64,000 nucleotides of DNA. Source: a virus. A program made the translations under genes and the position numbers. The notes under the pieces are model-generated. The model had not been told where the DNA came from, did not search any database, and worked only from the letters and a program-made list of their open reading frames with translations. The stretch spans positions 66,809 through 130,808 of IMG/VR virus record IMGVR_UViG_3300022555_003222; one strand, 5' to 3'. Below, piece after piece: positions 18,677-28,854 of this stretch (its first letter is position 1; each line of letters opens with the position of its first letter).

Positions 18677-19021
18677 ATGAATATACTATGCGTGATGACA
18701 ATACTGATTACCTTAGGTGCTGACCCCGCTCCCGCCTACAAAGGCACCCTCAATCAACAAATACAACAAGCCTACCGAGATCAAGGTGGCCCAGCTAGAT
18801 TGCCAGCCACCAATGTCCAATTGCCCACATTTAATAACGTAGGCTACGCTCCCGTAATTGTAGTGTTGCCAGAAGGTGTCAATATGGGAGCTTCTGTATC
18901 CGTTTCAGCAGATAGAAGATATATAAGATTCAGTACAGCACCCACCATCATGTTCTCCACAATTCCACAATGGAGTACGTACAATATACAAACAGGACAA
19001 ACTATTACTCATAGACGATGA
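18677..19021 (+). CDS. Secreted protein with planctomycete secretin-like C-terminal motif
   Basis: Signal peptide; VGYAPVIVVLPEGVNMGASVSVSADRRYIR. Confidence 0.6.
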   Translation: MNILCVMTILITLGADPAPAYKGTLNQQIQQAYRDQGGPARLPATNVQLPTFNNVGYAPVIVVLPEGVNMGASVSVSADRRYIRFSTAPTIMFSTIPQWSTYNIQTGQTITHRR

Positions 19022-19404
19022 AGTATGGATATGCCAGAAAAATCTAGAATCGTATCAGAGCCAGGAGCCATTGTCACATTACATACTTTGATAGTACCAC
19101 CCTCTCCATTCTTTCTTGTTAATTTCCAATCTTCTTCTAAAGCTAAAAGCAAATCTTGTGGCATTTTCTTTTCTAGGTAAATACTGCCAAACCAAAAACT
19201 GTACCGATCTCCTCTATACGATAACACCTCTGCTTGACAACTCACTTCTTTTTCTTGAACCGTTAATGTCACAGGCTCTAAATCCGAAGATAATGTTTGC
19301 AACATCGTCCGTACCAAGGGAACCAAATCCGCCCCTCTCTTGTCAGATATGCCTTTCCACTTCAGAAAAAGCTTGTCGTCCATCGCTATGTTTAATTGCT
19401 TCAT
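19009..19404 (-). CDS. Hypothetical protein (possible ribbon-helix-helix N-terminus)
   Basis: AAGGA RBS; MKQLNIAMDDKLF. Confidence 0.6.
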   Translation of the reverse strand: MKQLNIAMDDKLFLKWKGISDKRGADLVPLVRTMLQTLSSDLEPVTLTVQEKEVSCQAEVLSYRGDRYSFWFGSIYLEKKMPQDLLLALEEDWKLTRKNGEGGTIKVCNVTMAPGSDTILDFSGISILHRL

Positions 19405-19459
19405 TGGTTATTCCTTTCTAAAAATAAACCCACCCGCCATCGGCGGGTGGGTTTCTCAA

Positions 19460-19723
19460 TTATTGCTTGAACATGGCTAGCCTTGGGGCAAAACCCATCG
19501 CCTCCATCTTCTCGCCATGACCTAAAGCCACAGCCTGCTTTAATCCAGCATCGCCAAGCTGTTGCAATACCTGTAACATCGCCTGCTCAATGCCTATCAC
19601 GCCGTCGTAACCCATGTTAGGATAGTTTACCGTCGAATTGAAAAAGTCAACCGCTGACCCATCCGTCGTAACTTCCTTGACATCCAGTACAACGCTCACA
19701 CTAAATCTCTGATTCTTATCCAT
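19460..19723 (-). CDS. Hypothetical protein
   Basis: AAGGAG RBS; followed by terminator hairpin 19426-19454. Confidence 0.75.
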   Translation of the reverse strand: MDKNQRFSVSVVLDVKEVTTDGSAVDFFNSTVNYPNMGYDGVIGIEQAMLQVLQQLGDAGLKQAVALGHGEKMEAMGFAPRLAMFKQ

Positions 19724-20005
19724 AACATCTCCTTAATAAGAAGGTCTAGAGATTATATAAGCACTAGAGAAAATATTTTATACTCAATAAGTTGCACATC
19801 AATAAACCCCTTATAAGAAAGGAGTAGGAGTCCCTAGAAGTTTTTTAGCCTTTTAGCCCCCAAACAAAAGTTCCCCTATTTCAAATTTTGAAACATCCTT
19901 TGAAAAGAAAGAACCGCCGTACTAGCTTACCCAGCCGGTGGGTGGGGAACCAAAAATAAAAACTTTTTCAAAAAATTTTTTCTATTCTTTTTTTTGTAAC
20001 ACGGT

Positions 20006-20088
20006 TGAGTGCAGATGTATAGGGGGCCAGAAGGCCGACAGGCACAGCCCACGGCTACGCCGTGGGCTGTGCTATACATCTGCACTCA
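20006..20088. repeat. 17-bp perfect inverted repeat of the array motif flanking a 14-bp hairpin
   Basis: tgagtgcagatgtatag (20006-22) / ctatacatctgcactca (20072-88); hairpin 20042-20072. Confidence 0.92.
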
Positions 20089-20197
20089 GTATGCTAGCGT
20101 GTGGTGTACTCCTGTACTGCACAGTGTACTAGCGTATGGTGTACGCCTACACAGTATAGCATACATGGTGTATGCTATACTGTAGTGTACGCATGGG

Positions 20198-20461
20198 CTA
20201 CATGCAGTCGTAGCCATAGTCGTGCCCGAACGATGGGCAGGCCACTGGTGGCCGTGGCCGCTCGGCCTCGGGCCGCACACACTTCATCAGTGTGTGGGTC
20301 GAACAGCCAGTAGCAAGCCGTGTCGCATGGTCGGCCTCGACCTCGACGAACAGATACCGATAGCCCTCGTCTATCAGGCCCATCAGTACGTCCATCCAGT
20401 TGGCCGGGGTGCAGGGGTAGGCCATGTCGTCGCCGCAACGGGAAGCAGATCGGATGTGCAT
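20198..20461 (-). CDS. Cassette hypothetical protein
   Basis: Motif 20505 and AAGGA RBS upstream. Confidence 0.6.
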   Translation of the reverse strand: MHIRSASRCGDDMAYPCTPANWMDVLMGLIDEGYRYLFVEVEADHATRLATGCSTHTLMKCVRPEAERPRPPVACPSFGHDYGYDCM

Positions 20462-20583
20462 TGTCGTGTCCTTGTGTTGGTTGTGTTGTCTCGTTACACC
20501 ACCAGTTATACATCTGCACTAAGCAGGTGTTTCTCGTCGGGGCAAGAGCCACCGGCCAGAGGCCGGTGGCTCATTCGTTAGCC

Positions 20584-20838
20584 CTATCGCTTGGGCATCC
20601 GTACACCATTCATGGCTCTGGTCAGCATGGACTGGATACGCTCCAGACTCCAGCCCGTGTGCCGTAGGCTGTCGGTGTATCGGTTCAGTTCAGGCCAATG
20701 GCCGGTGCTGAACATCTGCCGCATCGTCGCCACTTCCTCGCCCTCGACGATCTCGTTATCCATCAGTCGCTCGTCCATGCTGGCCGTGGCCGTTCGGCTC
20801 TCGTCACCCGCTTGCTGTCCTTGGTATCTTGCTCGCAT
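20584..20838 (-). CDS. Cassette hypothetical protein
   Basis: Motif 20879 and RBS upstream. Confidence 0.75.
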   Translation of the reverse strand: MRARYQGQQAGDESRTATASMDERLMDNEIVEGEEVATMRQMFSTGHWPELNRYTDSLRHTGWSLERIQSMLTRAMNGVRMPKR

Positions 20839-20931
20839 GATCGTGTCCCTTGTGGTGGTTGTTCTCGTTACACCGGCAGTTATACACCTGCACTAAGCAG
20901 GTGTTTCTCGTCGTAGTCCGGGCTGCATAAC

Positions 20932-21204
20932 CTACTCGTTCCAGCCGTTATAGTCCTCGTCCATGCCATGACCGGCAGACGACATGCCGCTGTCGAAGTC
21001 GCCGTCCATGCTCTCGTCGCAGTCGTCGAAGTCCTCGTCGTCGTCGTCCTCGTCATAGTCGTCGAAGTCGTCCATGTCCTCGTTGTCCTCCGGGCCGTAC
21101 ATCTGCTCGTACCGCTGGCTGGCCTGCTCCTCAAGCCAGACTTCGCAGCAGCAGCAGTCCTCGCCGCCGCAACCGTTGCAACGTGGTGAACCGTGGTAAG
21201 GCAT
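20932..21204 (-). CDS. Cys-rich, highly acidic small protein
   Basis: GGAG RBS; CNGCGGEDCCCC followed by D/E tract. Confidence 0.75.
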   Translation of the reverse strand: MPYHGSPRCNGCGGEDCCCCEVWLEEQASQRYEQMYGPEDNEDMDDFDDYDEDDDDEDFDDCDESMDGDFDSGMSSAGHGMDEDYNGWNE

Positions 21205-21496
21205 GATAGTCTCCGTTAGTGGTTGTGATTGGTGGTCGTGCCAACAGTTATACAACTGCACTTGCTGCAATAAAAAGACAGCACCGGCCTGGGCCGGTGC
21301 ATAGGTTTCTTAACCTAACAGACGACGACTGAACCGAACCGCCCTCGAATGTGCATAGTAGGCACGTTTCGCAGGGTCAGAACTGAAACGACGCTTCCTC
21401 GTTCCATCCGGCATGGTCATTCCTCCTTGGACAAACTAAGGGGCAGTCGGCGGAAGTCGCTGACTGCCCCCTCAGTTATACAACTGCACTCGACAC

Positions 21497-21508
21497 TTAA
21501 AACTTCAT
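21497..21508 (-). other. Minigene ATG AAG TTT TAA (MKF)
   Basis: GGAGG 5 nt upstream; own motif copy at 21550. Confidence 0.55.
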
Positions 21509-21570
21509 GTTAGCCTCCATAGGTATAGACCCTCAGCCTTGCACCCTCAGTTATACATCTGCACTCACAT

Positions 21571-21582
21571 TCAAACCTTCAT
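21571..21582 (-). other. Minigene ATG AAG GTT TGA (MKV)
   Basis: GGAGG 5 nt upstream; own motif copy at 21624. Confidence 0.55.
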
Positions 21583-21751
21583 AGTTGCCTCCATCGGTGT
21601 AGAGTGTTAGCCTTGTGCCCTCAGTTATACAACTGCACTCTCCCTTAGTGCGATCATAGTTGCTAGTGCATAGACTGATAGCTAGATCACCTAGACTACT
21701 AGACTGCGTAAAGCCCTACCCTGCTTCGCAGGGTAGGGCCGACCGGCCTAA

Positions 21752-22039
21752 TCAGGCCGCTTGTTTGACCTTGTGGACCTTGGCCTTGGGCACGGTGACC
21801 CGGACGATGGGCCGACCGGGGAACTTGGTATGGGCCACGGCCTCGGCATGGGCCACCTTCTCGTACTTACGGGGCAGCAAGATGACGACGCCGTTGCCGG
21901 TCGTGTTTCTCGCACCGATGCTGTAACGTCGCCCGTCACTGACGATAGCCAGGGCATAGACGCCGTTCAGGACGGCACGCCACGCTTGCTTACGGACGTT
22001 GTGAATGGCATTGGTCTGGATGTAGGGGGTGCTGGTCAT
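21752..22039 (-). CDS. Basic cassette protein
   Basis: Motif 22085, AAGGA RBS; ends KQAA. Confidence 0.75.
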   Translation of the reverse strand: MTSTPYIQTNAIHNVRKQAWRAVLNGVYALAIVSDGRRYSIGARNTTGNGVVILLPRKYEKVAHAEAVAHTKFPGRPIVRVTVPKAKVHKVKQAA

Positions 22040-22366
22040 GGTTTCGATTCCTTTGGGTTATGATTGGTTCTTGTTACACTGTTGGTTATACACCTGGACT
22101 AAGGTAGACTTCTCACGAATTCATACCCAACGTCGTTGATGACCAGGGTATAGCTGGGGTTGTCGTCGTGCTTGAACCACACTTCCCACTTGCCGGTGTC
22201 GATGTTTTCGACAATGGCTTCGTCGTTGTGGATACTGACTAGACGATAGCCAGCTTGTTCCAATGTTTCTCGTAATGGCATGGTTGGTTCTCCTGTGCCC
22301 TCAGTTATACATCTGGACTTGGGAGGAAAGACCTTCCCCTGCGAAGCAGGGGAAGGTCTATAGGTA

Positions 22367-22690
22367 TCAGACTCGGGCAGGTAGGCCCAGTTCGATCAGG
22401 GCTTCGGCATCCCAATTCTCGGGCATCTCGTTCTCGCACCGATAGGCATAGTCTTGGGCTGCTTCGTCGTTATCGTCGTAATAGCAAGCCACTTCGACAT
22501 ACGTTCCAAAGTCGTGGCTATTGCTCTTGATCTTCAATTGGGCCAAATCTGGCTCGGGGCCGAACTCACGCCGTAACTGGTTGATGAAGGCCCGGCACTC
22601 GGCCCTGGCCCGCTGGGGGTCATAGCTCGGTCCAAGCTGTTCGCAGTCCTCGGCTGCCGGGGTGCAACTCAGTTCCATGTAATCTCGCAT
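22367..22690 (-). CDS. Cassette hypothetical protein
   Basis: GGAG RBS, motif 22735; CTPAAEDC...NSHDFGTY. Confidence 0.8.
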   Translation of the reverse strand: MRDYMELSCTPAAEDCEQLGPSYDPQRARAECRAFINQLRREFGPEPDLAQLKIKSNSHDFGTYVEVACYYDDNDEAAQDYAYRCENEMPENWDAEALIELGLPARV

Positions 22691-23111
22691 GATCGTTCTC
22701 CGTTGTGGTTGGGTGTTGTCTCGTTACACTAGCACTTATACACCTGAACTGAAGATATATCCTGGTCTAGCATATATCCTCTGGCATGTATCCTGGTCTA
22801 GCAAGCTCCCATGATAAGCACTTCTTCGGCACCGTATACCTTATTGGCACCGCAAGCCTCGCACTCATAGCCACGGGCATCGGGTTCCACGCCTTGGGCT
22901 TCGGCACCGCAAGCCAAGCAAAAACCTACGTTATCATCGCTCTCGACCGCTTCCATCACACGCTCGATATTCAGTTTCATTGTTTCGTTCCTTGTGGTTA
23001 ATGACAAAGAGGACGCAGCTTGTACTTCGCTGCTTCACAACAAGGAAGATTGGGAGGGCTTGCCTCTTACTCTATTGTTGTGTCCTTGATGCTATTGGTT
23101 ATACAACCGGA

Positions 23112-23366
23112 CTAAGCCGCTTTTGCAAGCTGGGGCTTAGGCTGTCGCTGATGGTTCTTCAGCAGTATCGCTCGTATAGCTTGCTGCTCCAAGACGATAT
23201 GCTTCAGGACGCTCTCGACTCGGCCTGTTGCTACGGAAGTTCGCAGCAATTCTTTCAACTCGGCCAAGGTCACGATCTCGTTGTCGTACTGACGGGCTGC
23301 CAGTTCATCATCGCTATCGAACAGTTTGCCATCCGATGCTTTGATCTTAGATATACGCTGAATCAT
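23112..23366 (-). CDS. Cassette hypothetical protein
   Basis: AAGGAG RBS; TAG stop inside motif 23098; ends LAKAA. Confidence 0.75.
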   Translation of the reverse strand: MIQRISKIKASDGKLFDSDDELAARQYDNEIVTLAELKELLRTSVATGRVESVLKHIVLEQQAIRAILLKNHQRQPKPQLAKAA

Positions 23367-23563
23367 CTTTACTCCTTATGGGTCATTGCCTTAGCTGTTT
23401 GCTCGGCATCGGTCTTACTATTGGTAAAGTAATCGGCTTCTGGCATACGCTTACCATTAGCATCGTATGCTCTGACAATATATTCACCATCGTGCTTCTT
23501 GATGGTGGTACTCGTTATGTTTGTCATGGTTGGTTTCCTTGTGCCGGTAGTTATACACCTGCA

Positions 23564-23809
23564 CTAGAACGGTATTTCATCGGTGTTCGGTTTGGTCGGC
23601 TTGCCCGGAACGTCGTGTTCTAGGGACAGTTCCAGATCAGCCGTATCGTTTACATCTTCGGGATGGGGTACAGCAGGGCCGTTATAAAACGGGTTCCGTT
23701 CCCATGTATCGTAATCCGTCAGAATCCAGGCTCGATCAGGATGATCGGCTCCAACATTGGCCGCATACTCACGGCAGGCATCAGCAGGGGTAGCAAGTTG
23801 ATCGTACAT
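23564..23809 (-). CDS. Cassette hypothetical protein
   Basis: AGGAG RBS; WILTDYDTWERNPFY; stop inside motif 23550. Confidence 0.8.
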   Translation of the reverse strand: MYDQLATPADACREYAANVGADHPDRAWILTDYDTWERNPFYNGPAVPHPEDVNDTADLELSLEHDVPGKPTKPNTDEIPF

Positions 23810-25464
23810 GATTGGTTCTCCTATGCCACTACTTATACACCTGCACTTGCCGTCTTTTTCCCAAGTCGTCGTGTGCTTTTGTTGGCAACACGCTTGCCAT
23901 AGGGCTTCAAGTGCTTGGCATAGCTTCGTGCCTTCGTGCTGGTTTCGGGGTGCTTACGCATTGGTTTACTCGCTCTAGTGCTGGTCGTATTGGGACACAC
24001 AAGCAGGACAATGGTAATAAGTGCCATATCCTGCCCACCCAACGGGGAAATGGGTGCCGATAGGAATGTTCATGGCATCAGGTAAGTCGTCAACTTGCAG
24101 ATGCTCGACTTCGATCTTGATGTTCTCAGTTCGTCCTCGGCATTTACACTTCGCACAAACGATGGGCAAGTTGACGATCATCGTTGCTTTCCGAATCATA
24201 ATGTCTTTCATCGTGGTTCTCCTGTGCCATTACCTATACATCGGGACCAAGCACATTAGCCCTGAATACGCTTTGTATAGTTCTTGATCGGTTCGGCCAA
24301 GGCATCGGCAAGGTCGCTGACATGAATCAACACTTCCTCATATCCCGCACTATGCCCATGCTCCCAAGCATTGTAAGCTATGGCCGAATGAAACTCTTTA
24401 GGAAGATCGGCCAGCAGTTCAGTCTGCTTGGCCTCGAACTGCTCTTGGGTTAGTCGGGCCGGTGGTGTTGGTGTTGGCCGATCACTAAAAGGATAAATTT
24501 TATTCATCTTATACAACTGGACTTGAGAGAATAAGCGTCAGGCCGGTTCCCGGCCTGACGCAATAATTATTTGTTCACCTTGCATAAGCAAGGCGGGCCT
24601 TTGTTCTTTATTTCAATAGGGCCGTTTACTTCGTTAGTGCTAGATGGGCAGTCGTCGCTGCCCTCGTTGCTGGTCTGTTGACTTGGCTCGGCCACCGTCA
24701 ACATCACCAGTATCATGCCTAGTAGTCCGATCATAGTTCCTCGGGGGCCTTGGCCAGCCGCTCCTCGTATTGGTCTAGGTCGAAGGGTTGCATAATCAGG
24801 GCAATCGCACCGCCATCACTACGTTCCAATTTGATTGCGCTGACTGTTTGATACTCGATGCCGGGGATGCACACGCACAGGACCGTTTCATCACCCAAAG
24901 AACTGGTTGCTGCAATCTCTCGCAGTTGCTTCATGGCCTCGCTGACCGTAAGTTCGTTGCTCATTTCGTGGTTGCCTTTCGTTTGATTTTACGGCTGAAC
25001 TGCATACCACAGTGACGACATCTTAGCCACTTTAACAGGCCAAGAACGCCAAGTAACATTAGTTCGCCACCGCATAGTTTACATTGCATGGTTGGTTTCC
25101 TTCTGCTGTTGGTTATACAACTGGACTCACTAGCCATTCCAGGCCGCAGTCTCATTCAGCACGACTGACTTGCTGTAGGGCTTGTGCCCTATCATTCGCA
25201 AGTCGCTGCCTACGTTGCAGCCATAGTCGTATAACAGACGTTTAGCCACTTCCAAACCGCCACGGTGGGCTACACACGCACCGTTGACATAGATAATCCA
25301 GGGCAAGACCGAATCCCAATCAGGTTGATAGGTTGCTCGACCGTTGCCACACTTGGTTCGATAGGTTTCACCGATCTGGGGCATTGTGGTTTCCTTCTGC
25401 CATTGGTTATACAACCGGACTGCTGCGAATTAGCCCCACCCTGCTTCGCAGGGTGGGGCATGTA

Positions 25465-25965
25465 TCACCTTAGCCAAAGGTCGTCGGCCCAGGCATATTC
25501 TTCTGCTTCGTCGCCATCGACCACAAATGCCTTCTTCGGGGCATCGTGCCAAATGGGGTCAAACCCTTCCGGCAAGGCCGCAGCACCAACATAAAGCATT
25601 TTCGGTGGCTCCACAAAATACTTCAACAGGGCAGGGCATAGCCAGCCAGCCATTGGCTTGTCGGCAACCATGCCGCCGTACCAGTTGCCGATCAGCACAC
25701 TATGCTCTTTGCCATCCTTGGACTTGAAGGACAGATTGCCCTCTTGTAGCCAATGCAAAGTAACATCAGCACCATCGAATGGCTCGGCCCCGAACGTCAT
25801 GGTGAAGCCCTTGTCGGTATCCGGCAAGGCTTTCGTTTCGATGATCTTGTCGATCATTTCACTCATGCCACAGACGAACGCTTCGGCCTTCAACTCGGTT
25901 GTCGGGTCGTCAAACACCCAACACTTGCTATTGGGTTCCTTGTAAGGAAATAGTTTCATATTCAT
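25465..25965 (-). CDS. DUF6717-like protein
   Basis: WVFDD...EAFVCG...GNWY...WLCPALLKYF pattern (recalled family). Confidence 0.7.
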   Translation of the reverse strand: MNMKLFPYKEPNSKCWVFDDPTTELKAEAFVCGMSEMIDKIIETKALPDTDKGFTMTFGAEPFDGADVTLHWLQEGNLSFKSKDGKEHSVLIGNWYGGMVADKPMAGWLCPALLKYFVEPPKMLYVGAAALPEGFDPIWHDAPKKAFVVDGDEAEEYAWADDLWLR

Positions 25966-26033
25966 GTTTGGTTATCCTCATGTTGATTGTCCTTTGTTGG
26001 ACGTTGTTGGTTATACAACTGCACCAGATTGCT

Positions 26034-26381
26034 TTAGGTCACAATCTCATGCACCAGTACGTTGGGCATATCAAAGGTCGTCCAGCCCTTTTCTTCGACC
26101 AGCCAATCAAGAAACTGGCTGTCGCTGTCTGGATGCTCGACCGCTTCCTGCCACTCGGCCCACAATTCATCAAGGGCATCAGCAACGTGCATCGGCTCGT
26201 TGCTGCCCTTCGTTCTCACCCCTCGGTAGGTGTCATCAGCCTGATAAACAGGGATGCCATTGACCTTCGGTGGTTCGACTGTACCAAGGGTATAAGTCTC
26301 TTGGTCGCTGCCACTGTCTTGTCGGACATTGATCGTGACAGGACGTTGAATGTTTCGCTTACTCATTTTGTGGTTCTCCAT
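26034..26381 (-). CDS. Cassette hypothetical protein
   Basis: Lies between motifs 26010 and 26389. Confidence 0.75.
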   Translation of the reverse strand: MENHKMSKRNIQRPVTINVRQDSGSDQETYTLGTVEPPKVNGIPVYQADDTYRGVRTKGSNEPMHVADALDELWAEWQEAVEHPDSDSQFLDWLVEEKGWTTFDMPNVLVHEIVT

Positions 26382-26464
26382 GCTTGCAGTTATACAACTG
26401 CACTTAAAACATTTAGCGAAAAGACTGCCACGGCGAAGCCGTGGCAGTCCACCCTTCCCACAAC

Positions 26465-27121
26465 TTAGGCCGCAATCGCTTCGGCCTTTGTTTCCGCATA
26501 GGGGGCCAACTCGTTGACGATGTAGACCTCGCCACCGGCTCGGACTTCGACAACGTGATCCGTTCGGTACTCCTTGTAAAAGAAGTCCACCGGGTCGCTA
26601 TCGCTAACCCGCTTCGGCTTGACCCACGGGGCAAGGTCAGTCTTGCTGACTTCGTTGCCCTGCTCGTCGAAGTAGGACGTTTCGACGATGGTTTTCGCTG
26701 GCCCTTCCTTCTGCATACGCATTTCCAGATACAGTTGCCCCTTGTGTCGGATGAGGGGGGTGTTCTGGATACGCTCGCCCCACTTACGGGGTTGCAGATC
26801 GTGCTTGATCGGCCCAGCCGTTTCCAAGGCCAGGGCAGCCGCTTCATCACCAGTGGCACGGGCCGCTTCGATGGCCGCACCCCAATGACGGGCATTTTCG
26901 TTGTCTCGGCTCCGAACGTAGCTGAAACAGGTCATGGCCCGCTTGACCAAGGCCCGCTTCTGAATGTTCTGGAACGGGCACTTGACACCGGCCTTCCGGT
27001 CGCCACCTGCATTAACGTACAGGTCGGCATCGGTCAGGGCAACGATGCCCAGGGTTTCGACCGTGGCAACCCGCAACAGGATGCCTTCAAGTTCGTTCTG
27101 GCTGACATAGTGGATGGTCAT
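26465..27121 (-). CDS. Cassette hypothetical protein
   Basis: 218 aa; motif 27164 and AAGGA RBS; ends IAA. Confidence 0.85.
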   Translation of the reverse strand: MTIHYVSQNELEGILLRVATVETLGIVALTDADLYVNAGGDRKAGVKCPFQNIQKRALVKRAMTCFSYVRSRDNENARHWGAAIEAARATGDEAAALALETAGPIKHDLQPRKWGERIQNTPLIRHKGQLYLEMRMQKEGPAKTIVETSYFDEQGNEVSKTDLAPWVKPKRVSDSDPVDFFYKEYRTDHVVEVRAGGEVYIVNELAPYAETKAEAIAA

Positions 27122-27277
27122 GGTTTCGTTCCTTGTGGTTGGGTTGTTTCGTTGACGCTGCTAGTTATACACCTGGACTCGACTGCTTACTCGGTTGCCA
27201 ACACTAGCAGACCTAACATGGTTACAATTACGGTATACAATTCGATAATGTTGACCGCTTCCACTGATACACCCCTT

Positions 27278-27580
27278 CTAGGCCACGAATACGTGGCCTC
27301 CAATATGGTCCCCCGAATGGGGTTGTGCTGCCTTGGCCGCTTCGATGACTTCGGTGGGTACAACTATCTCAGTTGCCCCCAGCATCGGCATCAGGTCGAT
27401 GTTGCAAGCATAATTAGCTTTGTGCTTGCTAATCATGCCCTTGCCGGTCACCTTGTCGAACCGACAAATCCGATGGTCAGATTGAATCTGGAAGAATGAA
27501 CCGTCGCCCATATCAGGGTATACGGTCCACTCGACCGCTGAACGCATATTGCCTAGACGAGCTACAATTGAAAATCTCAT
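27278..27580 (-). CDS. Cassette hypothetical protein
   Basis: Motif 27619 and RBS. Confidence 0.8.
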   Translation of the reverse strand: MRFSIVARLGNMRSAVEWTVYPDMGDGSFFQIQSDHRICRFDKVTGKGMISKHKANYACNIDLMPMLGATEIVVPTEVIEAAKAAQPHSGDHIGGHVFVA

Positions 27581-27681
27581 GGTTTCATTCCTTGTGATTG
27601 GTTATCGTTACGCTCCTTGTTATACATCTGGACTAGAGAAGATAGCCCCACCCTGCTTCGCAGGGTGGGGCTTGTATAGAA

Positions 27682-28050
27682 CTAGGCCGGGTGTCTCCGG
27701 GCCTTGTAGTTGGCCGGTGGCTTGTACGCTTGGACGTAGACCTGGAACTGACCGGATTCGACGATGGCATAGCCATAGCCCTTGTCCAAGTCATGGGTCA
27801 ACTTCATCTTGAACCGCTGCACACTCAGGGCCGGTTCATCATCGGCTCCGAAACCGCTGGAATCGACCATGAAGGCATCGCCCACCGCCGTCCACCCTTG
27901 GGGTGCATAGTCACCCATAAAAGGCATCGGGAATGGGGGCATACGATCAATCTCGGCTTGATCGTATGGGACATAAGGGACACGCCGCTGACCAGCAGCA
28001 CGACGGGTGGCACGATCACTGGCAGACCGGATAGCTTCCAAAGACATCAT
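27682..28050 (-). CDS. Cassette hypothetical protein
   Basis: Motif 28096; start at MMSLEA. Confidence 0.8.
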   Translation of the reverse strand: MMSLEAIRSASDRATRRAAGQRRVPYVPYDQAEIDRMPPFPMPFMGDYAPQGWTAVGDAFMVDSSGFGADDEPALSVQRFKMKLTHDLDKGYGYAIVESGQFQVYVQAYKPPANYKARRHPA

Positions 28051-28123
28051 AACTAGGGTTCCTTGTGGTTGGGATAGTAACTGCGAACGGAGCCAGTTAT
28101 ACAACTGGACTTACCCGATATAT

Positions 28124-28408
28124 TTAGGCCGCACGGGCAAGGGTAGCCACTGATCGACTAGCCTCGAACGAAATGCCGCCCATACGCCGCTGGTAAGTAG
28201 GGATATATCCCTTGACTTCCAGTTCGACCAGCATAGGTGTCAAACGATACAGATAGTCGTCGGCCTTGTCGTCGTGTTCCTTGGGCCATTCCACTTCGGC
28301 AAGGTAACAATCGACTTTGCCATTCAGGGTAATCGTGGACGTTGCCACAACGACCGGCACACCCTGAACATCCATCACTTGCACACGCTCGGCAACATTG
28401 ACTTGCAT
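28124..28408 (-). CDS. Cassette hypothetical protein
   Basis: GAGG RBS; ends LARAA. Confidence 0.7.
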   Translation of the reverse strand: MQVNVAERVQVMDVQGVPVVVATSTITLNGKVDCYLAEVEWPKEHDDKADDYLYRLTPMLVELEVKGYIPTYQRRMGGISFEASRSVATLARAA

Positions 28409-28494
28409 ATAGACCTCGTTGGTTGGAAAGTAAAAGCGTTGGCTCGCCCCGGCAGGGGTGAGCATTACACCCACCCCTGCCGGTTTGATTCGTA

Positions 28495-28854
28495 TTAGGC
28501 CGCTTTCGCAGCCTTGTATTGGGCCAGAACTTCGGCCTTACGGCTGGCCTTGTTCTTGACAGCCTCAACCGCTGCCCCATATTGGGCCAGCACTTCCAGG
28601 TCTGTGCCCTGGTAGCCGTAGCACGACCGGCTGTTCTTCACGAACCGATTCGCTTGCACCAAAATGGTGGCATCGGCTCCTACGACGTTGAACAAGGCAC
28701 GATATGCCTTCGCCAGTTCCCGCTGGGCAACCAAGGCCGCACAACGTCGCTGATACGCTTCGACGTTGGCCTGGGCCTTGGCAATCTGTGCCGGGGTCTT
28801 GGCCTTCTTCGCCTTCTCCGACACAACCTTCACTCCACCCTTCGCCATGTTCAT
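28495..28854 (-). CDS. Lys/Ala-rich basic protein
   Basis: AAGGAG RBS; motif 28888; ends KAAKAA. Confidence 0.8.
   Translation of the reverse strand: MNMAKGGVKVVSEKAKKAKTPAQIAKAQANVEAYQRRCAALVAQRELAKAYRALFNVVGADATILVQANRFVKNSRSCYGYQGTDLEVLAQYGAAVEAVKNKASRKAEVLAQYKAAKAA

Noticed and set aside
26441-27499. 352-aa plus-strand ORF and other plus-strand ORFs in 20-53 kb
   Set aside because: Antisense shadows of minus-strand genes that have RBS and motif; no RBS or recognisable domains.
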